Shown in pieces: positions 30,137-38,551 of a DNA stretch of 64,000 bases. The translations under genes were made by a program, and so were the position numbers. Position 1 is the stretch's first letter. Every line of letters starts with the position of its first letter. The DNA lies in NCBI GenBank assembly GCA_964421195.1, contig CAYQWL010000001.1, positions 5,203 through 69,202 of the forward strand. Direction: 5' to 3'. The notes under the pieces were generated by a model. The model saw only the letters and a program-made list of their open reading frames with translations, did not search any database and was not told where the DNA came from. Origin of the DNA: an uncultured bacterium. GTDB lineage: Bacteria; Muiribacteriota; UBA9980.

Positions 30137-31003
30137 ATGCTAAAAAAATTAGAAAATTATTACAAACCGAAAAACCTCGAAGAAACTTTAAAACTTTTAA
30201 ACCAGAGTCAGGGACTGACGAAAATAATCGCCGGCGGGACCGCCGTTATGGCCGCTGAAAATAATGAAATCAAAACGCTTATAGATATTAAAAACGCCGG
30301 ACTCGACAAAATAGTAAAAAACGATGACGGCGGTTTACAAATCGGAGCTGCATGCACCATAGCCAATCTTCTCGAATCAAACGAAATAAAAAAATATTGC
30401 GGCGGCCTGATTTATGAAGCGGCGTATTATATAGCAAGCACCCCGCTCAGAAATATGATAACCATAGGCGGAAATATAACTCAAATATTCCCATGGTCAG
30501 ATCTTCCCGCGGCATTAATCATTTCAGACGCTGAAATCCATATCGCCTCAGAAGGCCGGAACCGAAAGTTAAAATATGTTGACGCCGTAAAAAAACATCC
30601 AATAACTATATTAAACAAAAATGAAATAGTGACTTCGGTATCATTTCCTGCTTTACCAGGTTATACCGGCAAATTTATAAAATTTTCAAAAACGAATTTT
30701 GATTATGCTTTAATTGACGCCGGAGTTAACCTGAAAATAAGCGGCGGCATATTTGAAGACGTTCGCTTCGCCGTCAGCGCCGCCGGCACTCTGCCGCAAA
30801 ACTTAAGCGAATCGGCGGCTTCTTTAAAAAACCATAAAACATCCGATGAACAGGCGATTACAGAGTCCCTCGAAAAAGCGGTTTCAGAAACAATATTTAC
30901 CGGCGACAAACGAGCGTCTATCGAATATAAAAAAGAAATACTGCCCGTATTATTAAAACGCCTGATAGATAACGCTGTAAATGAAAATAAAGGGGGCCGT
31001 TAA
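30137..31003 (+). CDS. Molybdenum hydroxylase (xanthine dehydrogenase/CO-dehydrogenase family) FAD-binding subunit
   Basis: CoxM/XdhB-like N-terminus 'YYKPKNLEETLKLL...KIIAGGT'. Length 288 aa. First gene of a three-gene operon. Confidence 0.8.
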   Translation: MLKKLENYYKPKNLEETLKLLNQSQGLTKIIAGGTAVMAAENNEIKTLIDIKNAGLDKIVKNDDGGLQIGAACTIANLLESNEIKKYCGGLIYEAAYYIASTPLRNMITIGGNITQIFPWSDLPAALIISDAEIHIASEGRNRKLKYVDAVKKHPITILNKNEIVTSVSFPALPGYTGKFIKFSKTNFDYALIDAGVNLKISGGIFEDVRFAVSAAGTLPQNLSESAASLKNHKTSDEQAITESLEKAVSETIFTGDKRASIEYKKEILPVLLKRLIDNAVNENKGGR

Positions 31004-31005
31004 TC

Positions 31006-31482
31006 ATGAAAACAATAGAAATTAAAGTAAAAATAAACAACGAAGAAAAAACTCTTACTATAAAACTTAATGAACGCCTTGTAGATGTGCTCAGAGCGGC
31101 AGGATATAAAGGTATTAAAAAAGGATGTTATCAGGGAAGCTGCGGCGCGTGTACGGTCCTTATCAACGGCCGCCCGATGAATTCCTGCATGATACCGGCG
31201 GCAGCCGTTGATGGCGCGGAAATAACCACAATTGAAGGCCTCGGCGATAACGATAATCTTCATCCGCTTCAGGAATCCATACTTGAAACAGGCGGAGTGC
31301 AATGCGGTTATTGCACTCCGGGATTTTTAATATCTTCATACGCGCTTCTAAAATCAAACCCCTCGCCGAACATGGATGAAATAAAACGGGCAACGGATGG
31401 CAATTTATGCCGCTGCACGGGATATGTAAAAAAACTCGAAGCCGTCGCTCTCGCCGCGAAAAAAATAAGAGGTGATAAATAA
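31006..31482 (+). CDS. Molybdenum hydroxylase [2Fe-2S]-binding small subunit
   Basis: Plant-type cluster 'CYQGSCGACTV...NSC'. Second cluster 'CGYCTPG...CRCTGY'. Length 158 aa. Confidence 0.9.
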   Translation: MKTIEIKVKINNEEKTLTIKLNERLVDVLRAAGYKGIKKGCYQGSCGACTVLINGRPMNSCMIPAAAVDGAEITTIEGLGDNDNLHPLQESILETGGVQCGYCTPGFLISSYALLKSNPSPNMDEIKRATDGNLCRCTGYVKKLEAVALAAKKIRGDK

Positions 31483-31484
31483 TT

Positions 31485-33887
31485 ATGAATAATACAGACA
31501 ATCATATAATCGATAAATACTCAAGCACGGCGCCGCTCGAAATTAAAGACGGCCAGGATTTTGAAATAGTAAATAAAAGCCTTAATAAAATAGAAGGCCC
31601 CGGACTCGTTACGGGAAAACCAATGTTCACTGATGATTTTAATTTTCACGGCATGCTTTATGCAAAAATTTTAACGAGCCCTCATGCGCACGCTGAAATT
31701 ATAAATATAGACGTTTCACGCGCAGAAAAACTTCCCGGCGTAAAAGCGATACTAACCCATAAAGACTTGCCGCGCATAATACACACTACCGCAGGCCAGG
31801 GATATCCCGAACCGTCTCCTTATGACAGTTTTACGCTCGATAAAAAAGTACGTTTTATCGGTGACCGTGTAGCGGCGGTAGCGGCGGATTCTCTTGAAAC
31901 GGCAAAAGAAGCCGTTAATTTAATCGAAGTGGAATATAAAATATTAGAACCTTTATTAGATCCGCTCGAAGCGCAAAAAGAAGGCGCGCCGATAATTCAT
32001 GACGAACCTGAAGCGCGTATGATAATACCTCTCGCTTATGATAAAAATAAAAACCTCGCCGCGCATGCCGAAATGAGCGAAGGCGACGTCGAAGCCGCAC
32101 TGAAAACTTCAGATTATATTTTTGAACATACTTATGAATCACATTATGCTCAACATTGCCCGATGGAACCACATATATGTATAACGCACTTAGACCCTAA
32201 CGATAGAATCAATATTATAACCAGCACGCAGGTGCCGTTTCACACGCGCCGCATAGTCGCTCAGTCACTCAATATTCCCGTAAAAAAAGTCCGCGTAATC
32301 AAACCGCGAATCGGCGGCGGGTTCGGCGGAAAACAGGAAATGCTGATCGAAGATATCTGCGCCGCGCTCACCATAAAAACAAGAAAACCCGTTAAACTTG
32401 AATACAGCCGCCATGAAGAATTTATGAGCGCGCGCACGCGCCATCCTCAACATATCATTTTGCGCACGGGCATCAATAAAAGCGGAGAAGTTACCGCTAT
32501 AGATATGAAAATAACTATGAATACGGGCGCTTATGGCTCAGCCGCGCTTACGGTTTTATGCAATTCGGCGAGCAAAGTTCTCCCGCTTTTCAACAAAGTT
32601 AAAAATATCCGTTTTTACGGCGATTCGGTTTATACAAACCTTCCAGTCGGCGGAGCTTATCGAGGTTACGGCGCCACGCAGGCATATCAGGCGGTAGGGC
32701 AGCAGGCAGATATAATGTGCCGTAAACTTGGAATAGACATTATTGAATTTTATAAAAAACAACACATAAAAAAAGGCGAAAGCTCACCGGTATTTAGAAA
32801 AATGGGTGAAGGCAAAGAAGGCGTAGAAATGAATATAGGTTCATGCGGCCTTACTCGCTGTATAGATACCGGCGTAAAAGAATTCGGCTGGTACGACAAA
32901 TTTAATAAAAAACGGATTGAAGGCGACTGGCATTATGGAGTGGGAATGGTATGCCTTATGCAGGGTTCGAGCATTCCTGAAATAGATATGGGCGCGGCTT
33001 ATATTAAAATGAACGATGACGGCTCATTCAACCTATCTCTCGGCGCGACGGATCTCGGCACCGGAAGCGATACCATATTCGCGCAAATGGCGGCGGAAAT
33101 ATTAACCGTCAAAACCGACGATATAATAGTTTACTCTTCAGATACCGATATGACGCCTTTCGATGTGGGCGCTTACGCATCTTCCACCACATATCTTTCT
33201 GGAGGCGCGGTCATTAAAACGGCTGAAAAAGTCAAAGCTAAAATAGCGAACGCCGCGGCAGAAATGCTTGAAACTACCATAGAAGACTTAACCTTCGAAT
33301 CCGCGACGGTCAAAAGTAAATCAAAAAATAAAAAAGTAACATTTAAAGAAATAGCCTGCTATACGCTTTACGAAAAAAATCAATATCAAATAGACGGCTC
33401 GGCATCGCACATCACACATAAGTCACCGCCGCCATTTTCTGCGCACTTCGTCTATATCGCCGTCGATATTAAAACCGGCTTCGTTAAACCCATTAAATAT
33501 CTTAATGTAACCGATTGCGGAACCGCCATTAATCCAAAATTCGCCGAAGGGCAATGCGAAGGCGCGGTAATGAACGGCATAAGTTTCGCTTTATGCGAAG
33601 AATTCATATTCGATAAAAAAGGCAGATTGCTTAATACATCTTTTAATGATTATAAAATATTCAATTCAATCGATATGCCTGAAATCAAAACAATTTTAAT
33701 TCCAACTTACGAAGAAACAGGGCCTTTCGGCGCTAAAAGCGTTTCTGAAATCGGCATTAACGGAGCGCTTCCCGCCTTCGCAAACGCCATATACGACGCG
33801 GTCGGAGTAAGATTATTCAGCGGCCCTTATACTCCCGAACGCGTATTAAAAGCTATAAACGAAAAAAAAAAAGAAACAATAACATAA
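31485..33887 (+). CDS. Molybdenum hydroxylase molybdopterin-binding large subunit (xanthine dehydrogenase/aldehyde oxidoreductase family)
   Basis: 800 aa. Motifs 'GGGFGGKQ' and 'GAYRGYGATQ'. C-terminal 'GESGPFGAKSVSEIG'-type motif. Confidence 0.9.
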   Translation: MNNTDNHIIDKYSSTAPLEIKDGQDFEIVNKSLNKIEGPGLVTGKPMFTDDFNFHGMLYAKILTSPHAHAEIINIDVSRAEKLPGVKAILTHKDLPRIIHTTAGQGYPEPSPYDSFTLDKKVRFIGDRVAAVAADSLETAKEAVNLIEVEYKILEPLLDPLEAQKEGAPIIHDEPEARMIIPLAYDKNKNLAAHAEMSEGDVEAALKTSDYIFEHTYESHYAQHCPMEPHICITHLDPNDRINIITSTQVPFHTRRIVAQSLNIPVKKVRVIKPRIGGGFGGKQEMLIEDICAALTIKTRKPVKLEYSRHEEFMSARTRHPQHIILRTGINKSGEVTAIDMKITMNTGAYGSAALTVLCNSASKVLPLFNKVKNIRFYGDSVYTNLPVGGAYRGYGATQAYQAVGQQADIMCRKLGIDIIEFYKKQHIKKGESSPVFRKMGEGKEGVEMNIGSCGLTRCIDTGVKEFGWYDKFNKKRIEGDWHYGVGMVCLMQGSSIPEIDMGAAYIKMNDDGSFNLSLGATDLGTGSDTIFAQMAAEILTVKTDDIIVYSSDTDMTPFDVGAYASSTTYLSGGAVIKTAEKVKAKIANAAAEMLETTIEDLTFESATVKSKSKNKKVTFKEIACYTLYEKNQYQIDGSASHITHKSPPPFSAHFVYIAVDIKTGFVKPIKYLNVTDCGTAINPKFAEGQCEGAVMNGISFALCEEFIFDKKGRLLNTSFNDYKIFNSIDMPEIKTILIPTYEETGPFGAKSVSEIGINGALPAFANAIYDAVGVRLFSGPYTPERVLKAINEKKKETIT

Positions 33888-33983
33888 ATTTATAATTTTA
33901 TAACAGGCCCATTTATTTAGCATGAAAAACATAGTAAAATAATATAAACCATTACAATTAAAAATATTTTTATTTTTTATACG

Positions 33984-34020
33984 GCGCCGGATACTTTTTC
34001 CGGCGCTCATTTTATTATTT
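33984..34020 (+). terminator. Rho-independent terminator after the molybdenum-hydroxylase operon
   Basis: GC-rich stem GCGCCGGA/TCCGGCGC with a 7-nt loop, followed by TCATTTTATTATTT. Confidence 0.6.
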
Positions 34021-34199
34021 AAATAAAAATTATTTAAATAAATTATATTCAAGATATATATGAACCCATTCTAAAAAAGGCAATTTTTAAAAAATTCAAA
34101 ACTTGTTTATAATTAGTTTCACGACCAATTTCATTTATTTTCTTAATTTTTATAGCAGACTTATATATAATAAAAATTTAAAAATATAATTTAAAAATA

Positions 34200-34228
34200 T
34201 TGACAATTTTGTTAGTTTATGCTAACAT
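34200..34228 (+). promoter_or_regulatory. σ70-like promoter (TTGACA-17-TAACAT) overlapped by the palindrome TGTTAG-N6-CTAACA (candidate operator) upstream of the methyltransferase gene
   Basis: Perfect -35 at 34200-34205 and -10 at 34223-34228. Inverted repeat at 34210-15 and 34222-27. Confidence 0.4.
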
Positions 34229-34306
34229 TTATTTATTAACCTAATAAAAGTTAGAAATAATTAACTTTTTTTTATATAATTTTCATAAACTGAAAGCGAG
34301 GAAATC

Positions 34307-35131
34307 ATGAATAAGCATAAAATAAAATTAAGCGACGATATCGCCGAAACTCTTTTAATAACTTTATATGCAAAAGCGGTTGAAAGCCGAAAAAAAAAGC
34401 CTTTAATTTATGATAAAAAAGCATGTGAATTAATAGATGATATAGATTATGATTTTTCTAAATTTAAAAACTCAAAAGCGAGCATTGCAGGAACGGCTAT
34501 TCGTTCATCACATTTCGACAATATCACCAAAAATTTCATTTCTAAAAAGGAAAACGCGATAGTAGTTTCGATAGGCTGCGGTCTGGACGCAAGAACTTAC
34601 AGGCTTGATGAATACGTAAATAAGGCGATTTTTTACAGCCTTGATATCGAAGAGGTTATAAATATTAGAAAGCGGCTGCTCCCGCCGTCTAAAAACGAAC
34701 ATTACATAAGCGCTTCAATGCTTTCAACAAACTGGATGGACGAGTTAAAAACGAAACACCCCTGTGGAAATTTCATTTTTATTATAGAAGGTGTTTTAAT
34801 GTATTTTGACGAAAAAGACAATCGATCTGTATTTAAAGAACTGGCCGAAAGATTTCATGACGCTGAAATTCATTTTGATATGCTTAATACATGGATGAGT
34901 AAAAAATCAGCAATACACGATAGTGTAAGTAAAATGAAAGCATCCTTTAAATACGGAATAGATGACGAAAAAGAAATCGAAAAATGGCACCCACGTTTAA
35001 AACATTTAAAAACATATTATTTTAACGATTTCAATGGATGGAGAAAAATGGGGATTACTTTATCGGTGCTCATGACGATTTTTTCCGTTTTTAAAAATTC
35101 ATCGAGAATGCTCGCGTATTATATATCATAA
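34307..35131 (+). CDS. Class I SAM-dependent methyltransferase, LCM/TcmP (leucine carboxyl methyltransferase-like) family
   Basis: 'ETLLITLYAKA' plus the 'VVSIGCGLDARTYRL' motif characteristic of PF04072-type O-methyltransferases. Length 274 aa. Confidence 0.65.
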   Translation: MNKHKIKLSDDIAETLLITLYAKAVESRKKKPLIYDKKACELIDDIDYDFSKFKNSKASIAGTAIRSSHFDNITKNFISKKENAIVVSIGCGLDARTYRLDEYVNKAIFYSLDIEEVINIRKRLLPPSKNEHYISASMLSTNWMDELKTKHPCGNFIFIIEGVLMYFDEKDNRSVFKELAERFHDAEIHFDMLNTWMSKKSAIHDSVSKMKASFKYGIDDEKEIEKWHPRLKHLKTYYFNDFNGWRKMGITLSVLMTIFSVFKNSSRMLAYYIS

Positions 35132-35206
35132 AAAAACGGCCATAAGCCGTAAAATTATAACAGTTTTCCTCCAGCGCGCGTAATAATATAAACGCGTATA
35201 AATTCA

Positions 35207-35237
35207 AAGGCCGGCTTATGCATCCGGCCTTTTTTTT
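35207..35237. terminator. Bidirectional terminator between the convergent methyltransferase and hydrolase genes
   Basis: AAAGGCCGG-cttatgcat-CCGGCCTTTTTTTT, with an A-run before and a T-run after. Confidence 0.65.
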
Positions 35238-35300
35238 AAAATTCTAAATGTTTCGTAAAATTATTTTAATTAAAATACTATTTATCGCGTTCATACATTT

Positions 35301-36596
35301 TTATTCAAAAACTTCATCAAGCCAGTCAAAAAGAACCTGGCTCATCAAGCTGCGGTTTTCCATTATGCAATGATTTGTAGCGCCTTCATTCGAAGGAGTA
35401 ATAACAAGCTTTTTATGAGGATTCAAAAAATTATCCATACATAATTTTTGCTGACGTTTAACTTCTTCACTTTTATATTCCCCTTCGCCAACTATAAGAA
35501 GCGCTGGAACTTCGATTTTTGAAGGATCAAATGAAAAGCCTATATTCGCTTTCGCCAATTCCGACGGCTTATCCATTGATACGCCCCAGCGCCAGCAAAT
35601 AGCCTTCACTATATTTCCATGAAAGCTCGACCATGAATCGATTTCTTTCTGATCGGCTATAACGGCCGGCATGGTGGAAAAAAGCGGATATGCATCTACT
35701 ACGGCGCTGCTCATAGCAATCGCCTTTATTCTCTTATCATACATGGCCGCCTGAGGAACAAAACCGCCGCCGCCGCTATAACCGTAGCAAGCAAGTTTAG
35801 CCGGGTCAACGTCGCCGCGGCTTAAAGCATAATCAATAACAGCTTTCATCGGCACGTTCATATCAGGCCTGAAAGGCTTGCCGTACATCGGTAAAAGGCC
35901 CTGGCCGGGAAGATCAACAGTCATAAAATTATAACCGTGTTCATAAGTTTGAGGAGCAATATAAAAAAAGAGGTCTTCAGCAAATGTTTCGCCGCCGCCT
36001 ATCATAACAAGCGTTTTTACCGGCTCCGGACCGGATTTAGCCTTACGGAAAAAAACCGGGATAACTGTATCCTCATATGGAATTTCAAAATATTCAAGAG
36101 GCGGCTCAAAAAGTTCGCCGGCTTTTTTCATTACCTGACGGCTTTTTAACGCCCTTTCTTTCAATCTTGGATCATCGGGAAGCATGGCAAGAAGCGATAT
36201 GCGATAATAATAAGCCGCCCTTGAAAGCTGCTGCCGGGCGCTAACTTTATGGCCATAAGCCAGCGATTTTAATCCTCGGGCCTCAACGAGACGCGCAAGC
36301 GTAAACCATTCCTTTTGCCAGCTTGCCGCATCGCCGTCTTTAATTTTTGATACCGTATAAAAAGCCTCGCCAATTTCACAGCCATGATTCACTACGGAGC
36401 CAAGCACTAAAGTGCCGAAATTAAAATCCATATCAGTATCATTAAAATGATATTTAACTCCTGTATCATGAGCGTCAAAAACCTTTTTAGTTTCTTGCGC
36501 ATAAACTGAAACAACACCATTAACAAAAACAATTGAAAATACTGAAATTATTAAAAATACAAAAAATATAATTATACTTTGTTTCTTATTTATCAT
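35301..36596 (-). CDS. Secreted or membrane-anchored α/β-hydrolase-fold protein (dienelactone hydrolase/S9-like)
   Basis: N-terminal signal or anchor. Nucleophile elbow G-Y-S-G-G in 'CYGYSGGGGF'. Length 431 aa. Confidence 0.5.
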   Translation of the reverse strand: MINKKQSIIIFFVFLIISVFSIVFVNGVVSVYAQETKKVFDAHDTGVKYHFNDTDMDFNFGTLVLGSVVNHGCEIGEAFYTVSKIKDGDAASWQKEWFTLARLVEARGLKSLAYGHKVSARQQLSRAAYYYRISLLAMLPDDPRLKERALKSRQVMKKAGELFEPPLEYFEIPYEDTVIPVFFRKAKSGPEPVKTLVMIGGGETFAEDLFFYIAPQTYEHGYNFMTVDLPGQGLLPMYGKPFRPDMNVPMKAVIDYALSRGDVDPAKLACYGYSGGGGFVPQAAMYDKRIKAIAMSSAVVDAYPLFSTMPAVIADQKEIDSWSSFHGNIVKAICWRWGVSMDKPSELAKANIGFSFDPSKIEVPALLIVGEGEYKSEEVKRQQKLCMDNFLNPHKKLVITPSNEGATNHCIMENRSLMSQVLFDWLDEVFE

Positions 36597-36759
36597 AAAA
36601 CTAAAAATTACTCCTTATGCTAATTTTATTTAATTCACAATCATTGAAGGCATATAAATACTGCTTTTTAAAAAATTTAATGCATATATAATAATTTAAA
36701 ATATTTCATCATAATACGCTCATTAAATTTTATACGCTATAACCGTTATACAATAATAA

Positions 36760-38229
36760 TTATCTGGCCATATCACCTCCCAACAACTTCATTAATGCGC
36801 CATAAATACAAAAAGAAAGCACAAGCCCTATCGCCCATGAATTATTTACGACCATACCGCCAAAAGATCCCGAAACAAGATCCATTATAAAAGGGGTAAC
36901 TGATAAGGCGTATGATATATATGCCACATAATTAACTCCGCCTGTATAGTTATAAAGTGCCGACTTATCTGAATACAAATCATAAAGACTCAAACGCCGC
37001 TTTCTAATGTAATAATAATCGGCTATATAAAGCCCGGTTAACGGCCCAAGAAATGAACCATAAGTCCCGAGCCAGTTAAATATATAACCCGTAGGTTCAG
37101 CATAAAGCTTCCACGGCATTATTATAAGCCCTATAAATCCGGTTATTAAAACGCCATATTTATAAGGAATATTTTTAGGGCTTATATTTGAAAATATATT
37201 CGCCGGCCCAACAACATTCGCCGCAATATTAGTAGTTATAATAGCGACAAAAACAAGAAAACCTCCAATAAGGCTCAACCACGGCATGTTAAAAGCCACA
37301 AGCGTATGCACGGGATTCCATATTAAACGGTCAAAAGCTATTATTGAGCCCAGCGTGCCAAAAACGCCTATCATAGAAAAAAATGCCATGGCAGGCGGAA
37401 GTCCTATAAACTGACCGAGCGCTTGATCTTTCTGGCTTGAAGCAAATCTTGTAAAATCAGAAATATTCAAAGCTAAAGGCGCCCAATATGAAATCATAGC
37501 ATTCAACGAAGGAAAAAATAATTCCCTGAAAGGCCGTGCTTCGACAGGCCTGCCAAGATCCATACGATTTCCGGCCTCAAGCAGGGCCGACAACGACCCC
37601 GCCTGATAAATCGCCCATGACGCTATTGAAATGCCGATTGTTACAAGCACAGGCACGCAATAAATTTCAATCGCTTTAACAGCCTCATGGCCTCTATAAG
37701 CAACGGCAAGATTAGCCGCTAAAAATAAAAAAAATATTATAAATTTAACGTGCGGATAAAGCGCAAGCGATGGAAAAAAACCGGCGAATGCGATAAACAT
37801 AAACTCGCCGCCGATCCAGCAATTTATGCCGAACCAGCCGCAGGCGACGCCGGCCCTTAAAAGCAACGGAAAATGCGCGCCTTTTTTTCCAAACGACGCA
37901 CGGCAAAAAACCGGGTATGAAATGCCATATTTAGTTCCGGCGGCGGCAAGCATAATCATGGGTACCAACACTATCAAATTACCAAGAAATATCGTAAAAA
38001 CAGCCTCACGCCAGTTCATACCGCTTGTTATCAAACCTGACGAAAGCGTATAAGTAGGAATGCATATACTCATGCCGGCCCATAATGAAGCTATATGCCA
38101 TTTACTCCATGTACGGTTTTTAATTTCAACCGACTTCAAATCTTCACTATAAAGCGAATCGCTTTTAACTATATCGGAAGCCGCACTATCGAGCTCGACA
38201 AGTCCGCCTTTTTCGATTTGATAACTCAT
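36760..38229 (-). CDS. NCS1-family nucleobase:cation symporter (cytosine/purine/allantoin/hydantoin permease-like)
   Basis: 12-TM profile. N-terminal 'NWREAVFTIFLGNLIVLVPMIMLAAAGTKYGISYPVFCRASFG' matches the NCS1 signature region. Length 489 aa. Confidence 0.75.
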   Translation of the reverse strand: MSYQIEKGGLVELDSAASDIVKSDSLYSEDLKSVEIKNRTWSKWHIASLWAGMSICIPTYTLSSGLITSGMNWREAVFTIFLGNLIVLVPMIMLAAAGTKYGISYPVFCRASFGKKGAHFPLLLRAGVACGWFGINCWIGGEFMFIAFAGFFPSLALYPHVKFIIFFLFLAANLAVAYRGHEAVKAIEIYCVPVLVTIGISIASWAIYQAGSLSALLEAGNRMDLGRPVEARPFRELFFPSLNAMISYWAPLALNISDFTRFASSQKDQALGQFIGLPPAMAFFSMIGVFGTLGSIIAFDRLIWNPVHTLVAFNMPWLSLIGGFLVFVAIITTNIAANVVGPANIFSNISPKNIPYKYGVLITGFIGLIIMPWKLYAEPTGYIFNWLGTYGSFLGPLTGLYIADYYYIRKRRLSLYDLYSDKSALYNYTGGVNYVAYISYALSVTPFIMDLVSGSFGGMVVNNSWAIGLVLSFCIYGALMKLLGGDMAR

Positions 38230-38470
38230 TTATGACTTTATCCCTCAGTATTTTTATATTAAAATAAAGAATTTTTAAGTAATTTATTTATAAACCAATA
38301 TGACCGTAACAGATATGACATAAATTAAAAATAATATAAGTGAATATATTATATCATGGTTTCAATCTTAATAGCTATATTTATTTTCGTAATTTTTAAT
38401 AACAATCGCTTTTAAACAATATTAAAATTTAATTATATTTTTCAGATAATAATTTTTTTTAAAAATAAAA

Positions 38471-38505
38471 ACCGCTCAACAATTTGAACGGTTTTTATTC
38501 AATCT
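38471..38505 (-). terminator. Terminator hairpin downstream of giant gene A
   Basis: ACCGCTCAA-caa-TTGAACGGT with one mismatch, followed by a T-run on both strands. Confidence 0.45.
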
Positions 38506-38551
38506 ATTTTAATTTAACCCAATTTTATTTATATTAATCATATATCCAATG

